From the IMG/VR virus record IMGVR_UViG_3300021185_002806: a DNA stretch of 64,000 bases. One strand, given 5' to 3'. The translations under genes and the position numbers were made by a program. Every line of letters begins with the position of its first letter. The stretch's first letter is position 1. This stretch comes from a virus. The notes beneath the pieces are model-generated. The model did not search any database. It worked only from the letters and a program-made list of their open reading frames with translations, and had not been told where the DNA came from. Below are positions 46,277 to 56,489 of this stretch, in pieces.

Positions 46277-46765
46277 TTATGTAGAATAACCTCGGTCTGT
46301 TGGGATATTTTCTAATATTTCATTCCTTGTAGCTTCTGCATATGTATGATTGAACCCGTCTTCATCCTTAACTGGTTCACCTGCACCTGAAACTCCTGAA
46401 TCTGCAATTTCATAAGGTACATCAGTTTTAACTTCATATGTATATGATACATTATGTGTATCTTCCATCCATTGTCTAAAAGGAGTTGTATACGCCTGAT
46501 AGTTATCGTAGTGTCTTGAATTAATAAATGTCAGACCGTATGCAAATTTATTAGCGTCTTCTGGGTGCCAACCATATAATCTAGTATTTTCAAAAATAAA
46601 ATCTCTTAATGCTTTGGCATATTTTGTACCATCTGCGGCAATATATTCATCAAGTAAGTTCTTAATCATTTTGCCACCATCTACTTCTGCGCCACCTTGA
46701 GCAGTAATAACCGCATCGGGTACAGTTACTTCCGCGAAGTAATATCGTTTTTTGTTGTTTGCCAT
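46277..46765 (-). CDS. Hypothetical late protein
   Basis: 162 aa; late promoter at 46830-46837. Confidence 0.7.
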   Translation of the reverse strand: MANNKKRYYFAEVTVPDAVITAQGGAEVDGGKMIKNLLDEYIAADGTKYAKALRDFIFENTRLYGWHPEDANKFAYGLTFINSRHYDNYQAYTTPFRQWMEDTHNVSYTYEVKTDVPYEIADSGVSGAGEPVKDEDGFNHTYAEATRNEILENIPTDRGYST

Positions 46766-46835
46766 ATCTATCTCTCCCGGGATATAAATTAGTAATGTTA
46801 ATTTAGTATGCTCGTCAGCATCTACATACTATTTA

Positions 46836-48110
46836 TCAAAATACCTTGAGAAGCAGGGTATGTTCATTAATTCTGCCATTCATCTTTGTAGGGACACTCT
46901 TAATTGCTTCAAATTGCTTGTTAAGAGAACGTTTATTGATATCTTTAAATATCTTTAATTGCTCTTGAGGCTTACGTAGGGTCTTCTGTACACTAGTTTC
47001 CTCGTTAAATCGTATCATGGTAGTACCTTTAACACTAAGGCCGCTTCCTTCACGTTTTTGGTTCATTGGATCTACATTACTCGTATGATATATACCTAGC
47101 TTACGTGATTTTGTATTATAAAGAACTAGTATATTACTCCCAACTATCTCAATAGGATTAATACTAACTAATCCAGTATCAACATGTTCTTTCATAAACT
47201 TCATTTTAGATACAAGTTTTTCAGAACTAACAGGTTTCTTTTTACGAGGCTTTCGGTCAAATTTTGCATTAGCAATTACCATATCACAAGCCTGTACAAT
47301 ACTCTTATACATTTCGTACATTGCTTTAATTTCAGACTTTTCTAAATGAGAATAGCCTTCAATAAGTTGTTCGTGCCAATCAAGTTCCTTTTCAGACATT
47401 CCTTTTGTCTTAGGAGGATTAATTAGTTCATCATACTCATTAAAATTTGCAACGTACAACTCCCTAATAACTTTAGCGTGATTGGCTTTTGCTTCCTGCT
47501 TACGCAAAATATTAATAGGCTTGAAATTTTTCAATGAGTTTGTATCCATATCAAATTCATCAATAAAGTCTTCTAATTCATCTGTCATAGACAATGCTTT
47601 TAAACGTAGAAGTTCTTGTATAGAAGGACGATATTTATTTTTCTTTTGTTCTTCTTTTTCTACTTCTTCTTTTGCCTCACGCATTTCTTTTCCACGTGCG
47701 ATTGCAGTAGTAACTTGTTTGCGAATAAATTCACTAATTGGAGTTATGTGTCCGCCAGTGCCCGGAAGAGTTTGCCAGTAATCATCTTCCTTTTGATTAA
47801 AGTCAGGCATACCATCCAGTAGTAACCTTGAACATATTGCACATGTTACACTCAATGACGATTCTGGTGGGATCTTTGCTAACTTTATTTCTTCGTTTGT
47901 ATATCCGTTCTTTCCCATCCATGAAAATATGTATGCATATAAATCTTTTGGTTGATAATTTTCATAGTAGAAACTACGGGCATGTTCTTTCTTACGATGA
48001 TATTCTGCTCCGGACAAAGTTTCCCAACCATCCCATTTCGGTGATTCTAGTTTTGCTCCTCGTTTGGATGGGGCTCTCTTTATTGCTTTTTTCTTTTTCG
48101 CCAATGCCAT
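46836..48110 (-). CDS. Hypothetical protein of a type seen in T4-like phages
   Basis: 424 aa; C-terminal YNTKSRKLG...VKGTT...KTLRKP...NGRIN. Confidence 0.75.
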   Translation of the reverse strand: MALAKKKKAIKRAPSKRGAKLESPKWDGWETLSGAEYHRKKEHARSFYYENYQPKDLYAYIFSWMGKNGYTNEEIKLAKIPPESSLSVTCAICSRLLLDGMPDFNQKEDDYWQTLPGTGGHITPISEFIRKQVTTAIARGKEMREAKEEVEKEEQKKNKYRPSIQELLRLKALSMTDELEDFIDEFDMDTNSLKNFKPINILRKQEAKANHAKVIRELYVANFNEYDELINPPKTKGMSEKELDWHEQLIEGYSHLEKSEIKAMYEMYKSIVQACDMVIANAKFDRKPRKKKPVSSEKLVSKMKFMKEHVDTGLVSINPIEIVGSNILVLYNTKSRKLGIYHTSNVDPMNQKREGSGLSVKGTTMIRFNEETSVQKTLRKPQEQLKIFKDINKRSLNKQFEAIKSVPTKMNGRINEHTLLLKVF

Positions 48111-48181
48111 TTAATTTTCGCTCCGTGATAATTCGAATCATTTAATCTCAGTTTCTATTTAACTACAAATAGTGTTTTTTG

Positions 48182-48880
48182 TCAAGTTTTAAGTCTATCC
48201 GTGTTATTATCTAACAAATTAGCATCCTCAAGTACATCATTGCGTAGTGCGTTTATAAGCAATGCACTTCTATATAAATTAGATTTATTAGGCATTGTAC
48301 TATGCAATGTTCTACCATCATACATTAGCACATCACCTGCTTTTGCTAAAAATTGGTGACCTTCATTAACTAATCTATCATTGTAATGCTCTTGGTTGTC
48401 CTGAATATCTTTATAATATATCTTTTCCAAATGCGAACCAGGAAGATACGCAGTGCCGCCATTCTCTAAAGTGAAATCATTAAGAGGTATAATTATTTGT
48501 ACACCCAATGTAGCATCTACTTTGGCATATTTTTCAAATCGATAAGGCGTATCTATGTGTGCATAAATTTTACTTGATTTAGGTGCAGTGGTAATACAGT
48601 CAACCGCATGTATATTCCACTCCTTGGATCCAAATAACGTATCAATATACTTGTTTAATGGTACAACAACTGGTAACCACATTTCTCTAGGAGGTGCTTT
48701 TGTCCACCAAACATCATATGTACGTTTTCCGTCATGTTCATTATAGTAAATACCGTCTGATCCATTGCCTCTGTGTGCATTATCAGGGTTCATTGCCCAT
48801 AATCTAAATTGTTCTATTGCAATTCTAGGTAAATAATCACGTGCAATAATATATCCTGCACTAGTTAATCGGTCATCCAT
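48182..48880 (-). CDS. PhyH-family Fe(II)/2OG dioxygenase
   Basis: AHID, ENGGT, GDVLMYDGRTLHST...RSA. Confidence 0.82.
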   Translation of the reverse strand: MDDRLTSAGYIIARDYLPRIAIEQFRLWAMNPDNAHRGNGSDGIYYNEHDGKRTYDVWWTKAPPREMWLPVVVPLNKYIDTLFGSKEWNIHAVDCITTAPKSSKIYAHIDTPYRFEKYAKVDATLGVQIIIPLNDFTLENGGTAYLPGSHLEKIYYKDIQDNQEHYNDRLVNEGHQFLAKAGDVLMYDGRTLHSTMPNKSNLYRSALLINALRNDVLEDANLLDNNTDRLKT

Positions 48881-48906
48881 GTGTTATGCTCCTACATATA
48901 TTCCTT

Positions 48907-48935
48907 ATTATATGATAAATACGTATAGAAGTCAA
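48907..48935 (-). promoter_or_regulatory. sigma70 promoter with a divergent late promoter inside its spacer
   Basis: TTGACT-N17-TATAAT on -, GATAAATA at 48914-48921 on +. Confidence 0.75.
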
Positions 48936-48946
48936 GGAAAAAAAAT

Positions 48947-49942
48947 ATGCCAAGATTAAGTTTATGGAATCCTCGTAAGGGAAATGATTACAAATTCATC
49001 GATAAGATGGTGAAGGGGCACTTCGACCACGGCGGTACCTCACTACTTGTTCACAAATATTTAGGTTCACAAGACACAACTGATCCTGACTATGACCCTA
49101 CCAAACCAGCAATACAAGATTTGCTATTCATGGAGAACCGTGACAGAAAATATGATGATAACATCTATGACCTACGTGGCGTATATACAGTTACAGACCA
49201 AGATATGGACTTATCTCAGTTTGGTATGTTCCTAGGCAATGACCAGATTATCTTTACTTGTCATATAAATGATATGGTAGAAAAATTAGGAAGAAAAATA
49301 ATGACAGGAGATGTCATTGAACTTCCACATATGAGAGAAGACCTATTACTTGATGAAGAGGCTTCGGCAGTAAATCAATATTGGGTCGTACAAGATGCAT
49401 CAAAAGCCGCAGAAGGATTTGATCCAGGTTGGTGGCCTCACATATGGCGTTTCCGTTGTAAACAATTACAAGATACACAAGAATACTCAGATATACTTGG
49501 AACAGGCGAAGAAGCAGATGATTTGAAAAATCTTCTGTCTACATACAATAAAGAATTACAAGTCAATGATGCCATTGTAGAAGAAGCCCAAGAAAATGTT
49601 CCAGGAAAGTATTGGGATTATAGAACAAACAGTTTACAGTATGTAAAGGGTGGCGAACATCCAGAAGATTTAGATATGGCAACTGTTGCAAATGGTAAGA
49701 GTTTTCCAAATGAACCAGCAGAGAATACTTATTTCTTAAGAACTGATTATTCTCCAAATAGACTGTTTCAATACCGTGTTAATAAATGGTACAAGATAGA
49801 AGACAGTGACGGTGGTTGGGAAGTTGGTAATCACTTGCATCATAAATTTATCAATAACGATGGCGTAGTCAAACTAGAAGACGGCACAGTTGTTGCAGGA
49901 AAGGTTAATTTGTCAAAAGCAGTTAAACCAAAGGTAGATTAA
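48947..49942 (+). CDS. Neck protein / head closure (gp14-like)
   Basis: DLSQFGMFL, GDVIELPH, WWPHIWR. Confidence 0.68.
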   Translation: MPRLSLWNPRKGNDYKFIDKMVKGHFDHGGTSLLVHKYLGSQDTTDPDYDPTKPAIQDLLFMENRDRKYDDNIYDLRGVYTVTDQDMDLSQFGMFLGNDQIIFTCHINDMVEKLGRKIMTGDVIELPHMREDLLLDEEASAVNQYWVVQDASKAAEGFDPGWWPHIWRFRCKQLQDTQEYSDILGTGEEADDLKNLLSTYNKELQVNDAIVEEAQENVPGKYWDYRTNSLQYVKGGEHPEDLDMATVANGKSFPNEPAENTYFLRTDYSPNRLFQYRVNKWYKIEDSDGGWEVGNHLHHKFINNDGVVKLEDGTVVAGKVNLSKAVKPKVD

Positions 49943-49943
49943 T

Positions 49944-51323
49944 ATGGCGACAGTAAAGCAAACACATTTTTACGATGAACAAATAAGACGATATATTCTA
50001 CAGTTTATTAGGATATTCAGTGGGTTCACAGTAAAAACTGGTAAGAAAATGAACGACGGTGTAACTGATTATTATATAAGAACACCAGCAAGATATGGTG
50101 ACGTATCTCGAATGGCGGCTACTATTATGAAAGGTAATAGTGAAAATATTATCAATTCAGCTCCATTTATTAGTTGTTGGATACAAAGTTTACAACCAGA
50201 TAGGTCAAGAGTACAAGAACCATTCTTCAATGATGCTGTAGCAGTCACAGAACGTAAGTTTGATGAGAACACACAAAAGTACACAAATGCAGAAGGCAAT
50301 AGGTATAATGTTAAAAGACTTATGCCAGTTCCTTATCTACTAAACATGCAAGTTGATGTTTGGACTAGTAATACAGACCAAAAATTACAACTAATGGAAC
50401 AAATATTAGTGTTATTCAATCCAGCGTTAGAGATACAACACAATGACAACCCTGTTGATTGGACTACAATTACTACTGTAGAACTAACTGATATTCAGTG
50501 GTCAAGTAGAGGTATTCCTGCAGGCATTGAAGACCAAATCGATATTGCTACTATGTTCTTTCAAATACCTATTTGGATTAATCCTCCAGCACAAGTAACA
50601 AGACAAAATGTTATAAGAAACATTATACACAACTTATACACATACTCAGATTTAGATACATTAGATTATGATCCTGATGCATTTGAATTCTTTAGAGATT
50701 TACAAAAAGAAGCAAGTGTGGTAGTAACACCCGAAAATTATGCATTACAAATTACTGAAAATAATGGTCAGTATGTCGCACAGCCTCTGGCAAACGGCAA
50801 TTATGCCGATGGCATAAAGTGGGAAGATGTTTTCAAAAATTATGGAAATTTAGATGATGGGATATCAAGATTAAGACTTAAATTTCATGGAAATCTTGAA
50901 GATGATGGGTCTGATATTATCGGTACAATATCTTCAACACCAAATCCTGAAATAATTGAATTCGCTGTAGATACTGCAACATTGCCAACTAATACAATTG
51001 GCGCAGTAGATAGGGTCATAGATGCAGGCAATGTTAAGCCTGGATTTAATAACTTTCCAAATCCTGCACTAGGTCAAAGGTATCTTTCATTGACTGATGC
51101 TAATTCTCAAAGCATATGGGGAATAGATATAAATGAAAATGATATAATTGAGTATAACGGCAGTGGCTGGATTAAATCTTTTGATTCCAAAACATATACT
51201 TTACGTGCATATGTAACAAATGCAAAAACTGGACAACAGTTTAAGTTTGAAGATGGAACATGGAATGACACATTCCAAGGAATTTATGATGGTGGATATT
51301 GGCGACTAGAGTTACTACAATAG
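49944..51323 (+). CDS. Tail terminator / sheath stabiliser (gp15-like) with C-terminal extension
   Basis: HFYDEQIRRY, MPVPY, QLMEQILVLFNP. Confidence 0.75.
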   Translation: MATVKQTHFYDEQIRRYILQFIRIFSGFTVKTGKKMNDGVTDYYIRTPARYGDVSRMAATIMKGNSENIINSAPFISCWIQSLQPDRSRVQEPFFNDAVAVTERKFDENTQKYTNAEGNRYNVKRLMPVPYLLNMQVDVWTSNTDQKLQLMEQILVLFNPALEIQHNDNPVDWTTITTVELTDIQWSSRGIPAGIEDQIDIATMFFQIPIWINPPAQVTRQNVIRNIIHNLYTYSDLDTLDYDPDAFEFFRDLQKEASVVVTPENYALQITENNGQYVAQPLANGNYADGIKWEDVFKNYGNLDDGISRLRLKFHGNLEDDGSDIIGTISSTPNPEIIEFAVDTATLPTNTIGAVDRVIDAGNVKPGFNNFPNPALGQRYLSLTDANSQSIWGIDINENDIIEYNGSGWIKSFDSKTYTLRAYVTNAKTGQQFKFEDGTWNDTFQGIYDGGYWRLELLQ

Positions 51324-51337
51324 GAAAGTTGTAAAAA

Positions 51338-51763
51338 ATGTTAAAAGCCGCGGGCGCATGTATAATTGCTAAAGACACAAAAAGAATTATTCTTCAACAA
51401 AGAGACAAATCAGGTTCACATCCACGAAATTGGGGATTTTGGGGTGGCAAAGTTGAAGAAAACGAAAATATTGCACAAGCGTTACTAAGAGAAGTATGTG
51501 AAGAACTTGGACTTGATATCAAAGATGATATAAACAAAATTTATCCTCTAGACCAATATCATTCAAGAAACAAAGATTTCAGTTATTATTCGTTTGTGAT
51601 AATTGTAGAGAAAGAATTTATACCAACACTCAACCATGAGAGTGGAGGATATGCTTGGATAGAGCATGATTATTTCCCAAAACCACTACACCCTGGTACA
51701 CGTAGAACATTATTTAAAAAACATAAATTAAGAGTGATTAGAGACATTATATCGTCACTATAA
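51338..51763 (+). CDS. NUDIX hydrolase
   Basis: Nudix box GGKVEENENIAQALLREVCEELG. Confidence 0.9.
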   Translation: MLKAAGACIIAKDTKRIILQQRDKSGSHPRNWGFWGGKVEENENIAQALLREVCEELGLDIKDDINKIYPLDQYHSRNKDFSYYSFVIIVEKEFIPTLNHESGGYAWIEHDYFPKPLHPGTRRTLFKKHKLRVIRDIISSL

Positions 51764-51802
51764 TATTTGTAGATTCTATTAAATACTGTATGGGAGAAGT
51801 GA

Positions 51803-52504
51803 GTGGAAACAGGCATAATAGATTTTAAAAAACAAAAGTTCATTAGGGACTGTATTGAGTACCTAAAGACCGGGAATGCTGAGGTTGAACTCCGAGCCAT
51901 CATTAATAGTGCCACACCAGAATATATAGAATATATTAAAAAAGATATAGAATACGATACTATTATAGTAATAGACGCTGTAATAAAAAAGATTAGAACA
52001 TCATCACAAAAGAAAATAACATCTAATCGTCAAAAAATTAATATAATTGCATTAGCAACATTAGAAAGATTAGCGACCGATGATGTAAGATTTGAAATTA
52101 AAGAAGTCACAGAAAGATATAGAGAAACTATAAATCCAGTAAAAGCATTATATTATGATTTACAAGAGATTATGTTTCTTTATGACGGCAAACCTAAAAA
52201 TAAACACCACAAGTTTTTAATAGAAAAATTCTCTAACAAAGAATCATTTAATGATATCATCGTAGCAGTTGATAAAGATTTGCTAGATTTACAAGAATGT
52301 AGAGAAAGAATTATACAAATAAGAGAAGAACTTGGATTTGCAAATAAGAGCGAATATTACAAGAAAATAATAGACTTGTATAATGAAATGCTACAATGGA
52401 AAAGACTATTCGAAACGTTTCCCGTTTGGGTGGATGAGCATTCTAATGCTCAGGGTGGCGGATTATATCAAACACTTAAAAATTTCTTCTGCGGAGAAGA
52501 ATAA
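51803..52504 (+). CDS. Hypothetical helical protein
   Basis: 233 aa, GTG start, TAAATA upstream. Confidence 0.65.
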   Translation: METGIIDFKKQKFIRDCIEYLKTGNAEVELRAIINSATPEYIEYIKKDIEYDTIIVIDAVIKKIRTSSQKKITSNRQKINIIALATLERLATDDVRFEIKEVTERYRETINPVKALYYDLQEIMFLYDGKPKNKHHKFLIEKFSNKESFNDIIVAVDKDLLDLQECRERIIQIREELGFANKSEYYKKIIDLYNEMLQWKRLFETFPVWVDEHSNAQGGGLYQTLKNFFCGEE

Positions 52505-52524
52505 AGGGCGCCGTAGCGCCCTTC
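52505..52524. terminator. Hairpin between convergent genes
   Basis: aagggcgc-cgta-gcgccctt. Confidence 0.6.
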
Positions 52525-52548
52525 ATGTATCTTTATATTATTAAATTG

Positions 52549-52653
52549 CTATACTGCATTAGCAGGTACGTGACCGCCAAACATGTACCAAGCAACAATT
52601 ACTACAACTGCTACTGCAATCCATACTTTTTTATTCTTCATTAGTTTCTTCAT
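52549..52653 (-). CDS. Small membrane-anchored peptide (34 aa)
   Basis: Manually translated MKKLMKNKKVWIAVAVVVIVAWYMFGGHVPANAV*; strong AGGAGG RBS. Confidence 0.65.
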   Translation of the reverse strand: MKKLMKNKKVWIAVAVVVIVAWYMFGGHVPANAV

Positions 52654-52728
52654 AACTTTCTCCTCCTTAAAAAAAAGAAGGCCGACTATGATGCCGACCT
52701 TCCCTATATTGTAAAATTATTAAGTTAC

Positions 52729-53919
52729 TTACTTACCTACTTTAACTTCTACCATACCTTCGCCTTCTTCAAGTTTATCCTTGATAGCGATACCGATATA
52801 TGCAGTCATTTTAGGATCGTGGTCTTCTTTCCATGCTGTAGCATGACCTTTGTTATCAGCCGCTACCATGATGTCGCCTTTTTTGACTGACCCCATAGTT
52901 TTAACTGGAACACGACCTTGTAGTGCGATAGCTGGGTGTGACGCATCATCACCTGCTTCGCCATTCATTAGATAAGCTGGTTTCATTGAAACAACACCTG
53001 CTAGTCTGTCACAACCGTGACCTTCTGCCGCTGTTACTTCTTTTTCGCCACCAAACATCATTACTGTGCCTTCTTCGTATTCTGCATCTGCTTCATAACG
53101 TTCTGCAAGGTCGGCATATTTTGCCGTTGTTGCTTCACCGTTGAAACGTGTTGCTGTCACGTCACCACCATTAGCAGTGATATCACCCGATACTGTAAAG
53201 TTACCAGTATATGAACCGTCCATTGCGATTGTTCTGTCTGCACTTAAGTCACCACCGCCTGAAAGACCGTTACCCGCAGTAATAGTTCTTGCGTGTGCGG
53301 CTTTTGTTGCGATTGAGTCAGTGATTGTTGTGCTAAAGTTCGCATCATCACCAAGAGCCGCCGCTAGTTCGTTTAGTGTATCTAATGAACCAGGTGCCGC
53401 ATTCACTACTGCATTCGCGGCATCTGTTGCCGCCGTGTCTGCATAAGATTTTGTCGCTATTGTTGACGTATCAACATTGATTTGATTGTTCGCATCATCG
53501 TATGATAGACCTGTGTTAGCCATACCACCGATTAAGTCTTGAACAACTTCTTGTGCAGTTGCACCAAGAGTTAGACCTGCTTGTACATCTAGTGTACCTG
53601 CAACATCGGCGCCGCCGTCTAAATTAGCAGTTCCATCAACTTCAATTTGATTTTTGAATTTGATTTTACCACTCATAGTTTTGGCGATTGTTGCACCACC
53701 ATCACCTTTATCTTGCGATGCAAGAATAGATACGTTACGTTCTAGGTCTGAAATACGTCTTAAATTTGATTTTGTACCAGTGAAGATAATATCATCAGTG
53801 GTCATATCGACTGTGCCTGTAATCTCTGCAATGTTACCAGTACTGTCATACTTATAACGCTTACCACGTTGAATTTTTGTATTCGTGGAACCGTTGTGTC
53901 TAAATTTTCTTCCCATCAT
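52729..53919 (-). CDS. Tail fibre-like protein with C-terminal intramolecular chaperone (peptidase G2/IMC-like)
   Basis: APGSLDTLNELAAALGDD; YADLAERYEAD...IALQGRVPVK...VKKGD. Confidence 0.75.
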   Translation of the reverse strand: MMGRKFRHNGSTNTKIQRGKRYKYDSTGNIAEITGTVDMTTDDIIFTGTKSNLRRISDLERNVSILASQDKGDGGATIAKTMSGKIKFKNQIEVDGTANLDGGADVAGTLDVQAGLTLGATAQEVVQDLIGGMANTGLSYDDANNQINVDTSTIATKSYADTAATDAANAVVNAAPGSLDTLNELAAALGDDANFSTTITDSIATKAAHARTITAGNGLSGGGDLSADRTIAMDGSYTGNFTVSGDITANGGDVTATRFNGEATTAKYADLAERYEADAEYEEGTVMMFGGEKEVTAAEGHGCDRLAGVVSMKPAYLMNGEAGDDASHPAIALQGRVPVKTMGSVKKGDIMVAADNKGHATAWKEDHDPKMTAYIGIAIKDKLEEGEGMVEVKVGK

Positions 53920-53971
53920 TGTCTCCTTAAATCGAAAGGTCTTTAGATGACCTCATGTTCATAATTGAACT

Positions 53972-53994
53972 GTAGGGGAGATAAACTCCCCTAC
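53972..53994 (-). other. Intercistronic 9-bp hairpin without U-tract
   Basis: gtaggggag-ataaa-ctcccctac. Confidence 0.6.
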
Positions 53995-54005
53995 GTTGTT
54001 AAGTT

Positions 54006-56372
54006 TTATTGCTCGTCCATGTAAACTACTTCTACTTCATCGTCTTCTGCAAGAACGTCTGAGGCAAAAGTTAGTCCACTTGAAGTAATTGTTACTTCAT
54101 TTGGTCTCGCCATAATTCTGTTGATATAAACAACAGCATATGGTGAATCATTTATTTCTGATGCAAAATCTACGGCGTTTGAGCCTAAAGAAATTTTACC
54201 AGAAGTTAAATTTGCCCATGTGATTGAGTGCGATGAACCAGTGTTATCTGTTTCGTCTTGTGCAGTTGTCTCATAAGCATGTGTGTGTTTTTTAGAAGTG
54301 TTACCTAACTGTACATAACGACCATCTAGTGATACTGTAACATCTGACTGTGTACCAACTGATAAAGTTAGTGTACCACTTGAGAATGAAGCACCATCTA
54401 CATAGTCATTGACTTCTGTTTGTGTGTTAGTAACAGTTAAAGTACCTGCCGCATCATCATATGATATGCCAATACCTGTTCCTGCTGAAACATTAGCCAT
54501 TACCGCATCTTGGGCTCTTTCATCAGTGAAGAACAAGTTTGATGATCCCTCAGTAATTTCGTCTGAGTTATCAACACCTTGAACTGCCGCTGTTACGTAA
54601 GCCTGTGTTGCGTATGAGTTAGTTGTTAGATAAGAACTTACACGTGCATCTGTGTAATAAAGATTAGTTGAACCTTCAGATACATCATCACTGTCCATAC
54701 TTGCATTGATATAAGCATCAACTCTTGCATCTGTATAGTACAAGTTTGTACCTTCAGATACGTCAGTTGTTGATTTATTACCAAGTCTTGTATCAAATAG
54801 TGCGTTCACTCTAGCATCTGTATGATAAAGATTATTTGAACCTTCAGAAAGGCTATCTGTATCTTTAATAGCTAGTCTTGTATCAAATAGTGTGTTCACT
54901 CTAGCATCTGTATGGTATTTGTTATTTGTACCTTCAGTCAAATCATCTGTATCAGAAGCGGATAAGTTTAAGTTAGCACCAGTTGCCGCGGCAACTCTTG
55001 CATCTGCTCTCGCATCTGTAAAGTACAGATTAGTTGAACCTTCTGCTAAATTATCAGTATTCTTAGTTGATAATCTTGTATCCCAACGTGCGTCTGTGTA
55101 ATAAAGATTAGTTGAACCTTCAGATACATCGTCTGTATCTTTAGTGCCTAATCTTGTATCAAAACGTGCGTTAGTATAATAAAGGTTAGTTGTACCTTCT
55201 GCTAAATCATCTGTGTCGCTTGATGCTAAACCTTGTGTTGAGATAACACCAGTTGATGAATTATATGTCAAGTCACCTGAAACTGAAATTGCCGCTCTTG
55301 CTCTTGCATCAGTGAAATACTGATTTGAACCTTCAGACAAGTTAGTTGTTGAGTGATTTGAAATGCTAGATACTGTACCTGTTACATCACCTGTTACGTC
55401 ACCTGTTACGTCACCAATAAATGTTGCCGCTGTTACGTCACCAGAAGAATAAAAATCTTCTGCGCCGATTGACCAACGGTCGTTAGTTTCGTCCCATAAT
55501 AGTTGTACGTTTAGGTCATCACCACGTTCAATTTCGATACCGCCTGAAATTGATGCTGTACCAGTTGCATCTGAATTTAATAGTAGAATATTATCTGCTA
55601 AGTCAATTTGTGATGTATTGATTGTAGTTGTTGTACCATTAACTGTTAAGTTACCTGTAACTGTTACGTTGCTTGAGAAAGTACCAGTTGTACCTGAAAC
55701 AGCGTTTGAACCTGAACCAATGCCTGTGCTTATTGCATTATCAACATAAGTCTTGTTCGCCGCGTCACTTCCAGTTGTTGGAGTTCCAACTTCTTTGATA
55801 ACATTTGAATTCATGTCAATGTGGTCACCCACTTGAATATCACCAGATGAAGTCTTAAGTTCACCTGTAAACTGAATTCCGTTGCTTGATTCAATTTGCA
55901 AAGTACCAGTACCAGTAGTCATCAGTTTCAACGTTTCGTTAGCGTCCGTTTTAACTGTGATAGTGCCACTATCGTCTTCTAGAATCTTTTTGTTGTTGAT
56001 GTATAGTGATCCTGGCCCTAAGTAAAGGTCACGCCATCTTTTTGTTGTTGAGCCTAAGTCGTATGTATCATCCGTACCAGGTAGGATATCACCGGTGTAT
56101 TCTGAATTACCTGTGACATTTACGCCTGCTGAGAATGTAGCTGTATTTGTTACTGCTAGTGTACCGCCAACTGTTACATTACTTGTAAATGCACCAGTAG
56201 TAGAAGAAGACGTTCCGCCTTCTCTCATAAGTGGGTAACCGCCAGTTGTTGCGCCATCGTGTACTACAAGAGTTTTCTTGTCTGTATCGACCGTAACTTC
56301 ACCTACTAGGCCAGTAAATGATGAGTGTTGTGTCGTTGTACCACGACGGAACTGTATTGCATATGCCGCCAT
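54006..56372 (-). CDS. Long tail fibre with Mtd_N-like N-terminus and repeated shaft
   Basis: IQFRRGTT...GEVTVDTD...VHDG; nine TDD(L/V)xEGxxNLY(Y/F)TDAR repeats. Confidence 0.8.
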   Translation of the reverse strand: MAAYAIQFRRGTTTQHSSFTGLVGEVTVDTDKKTLVVHDGATTGGYPLMREGGTSSSTTGAFTSNVTVGGTLAVTNTATFSAGVNVTGNSEYTGDILPGTDDTYDLGSTTKRWRDLYLGPGSLYINNKKILEDDSGTITVKTDANETLKLMTTGTGTLQIESSNGIQFTGELKTSSGDIQVGDHIDMNSNVIKEVGTPTTGSDAANKTYVDNAISTGIGSGSNAVSGTTGTFSSNVTVTGNLTVNGTTTTINTSQIDLADNILLLNSDATGTASISGGIEIERGDDLNVQLLWDETNDRWSIGAEDFYSSGDVTAATFIGDVTGDVTGDVTGTVSSISNHSTTNLSEGSNQYFTDARARAAISVSGDLTYNSSTGVISTQGLASSDTDDLAEGTTNLYYTNARFDTRLGTKDTDDVSEGSTNLYYTDARWDTRLSTKNTDNLAEGSTNLYFTDARADARVAAATGANLNLSASDTDDLTEGTNNKYHTDARVNTLFDTRLAIKDTDSLSEGSNNLYHTDARVNALFDTRLGNKSTTDVSEGTNLYYTDARVDAYINASMDSDDVSEGSTNLYYTDARVSSYLTTNSYATQAYVTAAVQGVDNSDEITEGSSNLFFTDERAQDAVMANVSAGTGIGISYDDAAGTLTVTNTQTEVNDYVDGASFSSGTLTLSVGTQSDVTVSLDGRYVQLGNTSKKHTHAYETTAQDETDNTGSSHSITWANLTSGKISLGSNAVDFASEINDSPYAVVYINRIMARPNEVTITSSGLTFASDVLAEDDEVEVVYMDEQ
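54516..55350 (-). repeat. Array of nine degenerate coding repeats (approximate bounds)
   Basis: Peptide repeat above; two adjacent 90-bp units near 54780-54950 are nearly identical. Confidence 0.8.
55380..55416 (-). repeat. 12-bp tandem repeat encoding GDVT x3
   Basis: ctgttac(a/g)tcac units. Confidence 0.75.
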
Positions 56373-56445
56373 ATTATATTCTCCCGTCTATAAAAAATCG
56401 ATTTATTATAAACTACACTGAATTGGGTTAAGTGTAATCTACTCT

Positions 56446-56453
56446 TATTTATC
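56446..56453 (-). promoter_or_regulatory. Late promoter GATAAATA
   Basis: tatttatc on +. Confidence 0.6.
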
Positions 56454-56489
56454 TAAGATAGTGGATATTTGACTGTATGTATTTAATTA

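Noticed and set aside
48155-48190. sigma70 promoter for the 46836-48110 gene
   Set aside because: A good -35 (TTGACA) but no convincing -10 at 16-18 bp; mentioned only as context
52670-52705. Possible terminator after the 52729 fibre gene
   Set aside because: A-tract present but the stem has several mismatches; not supportable
54516-55350. Regularly spaced repeats as a CRISPR array or DGR template/variable pair
   Set aside because: In-frame degenerate peptide repeats varying at synonymous positions; no unique spacers, cas genes or reverse transcriptase
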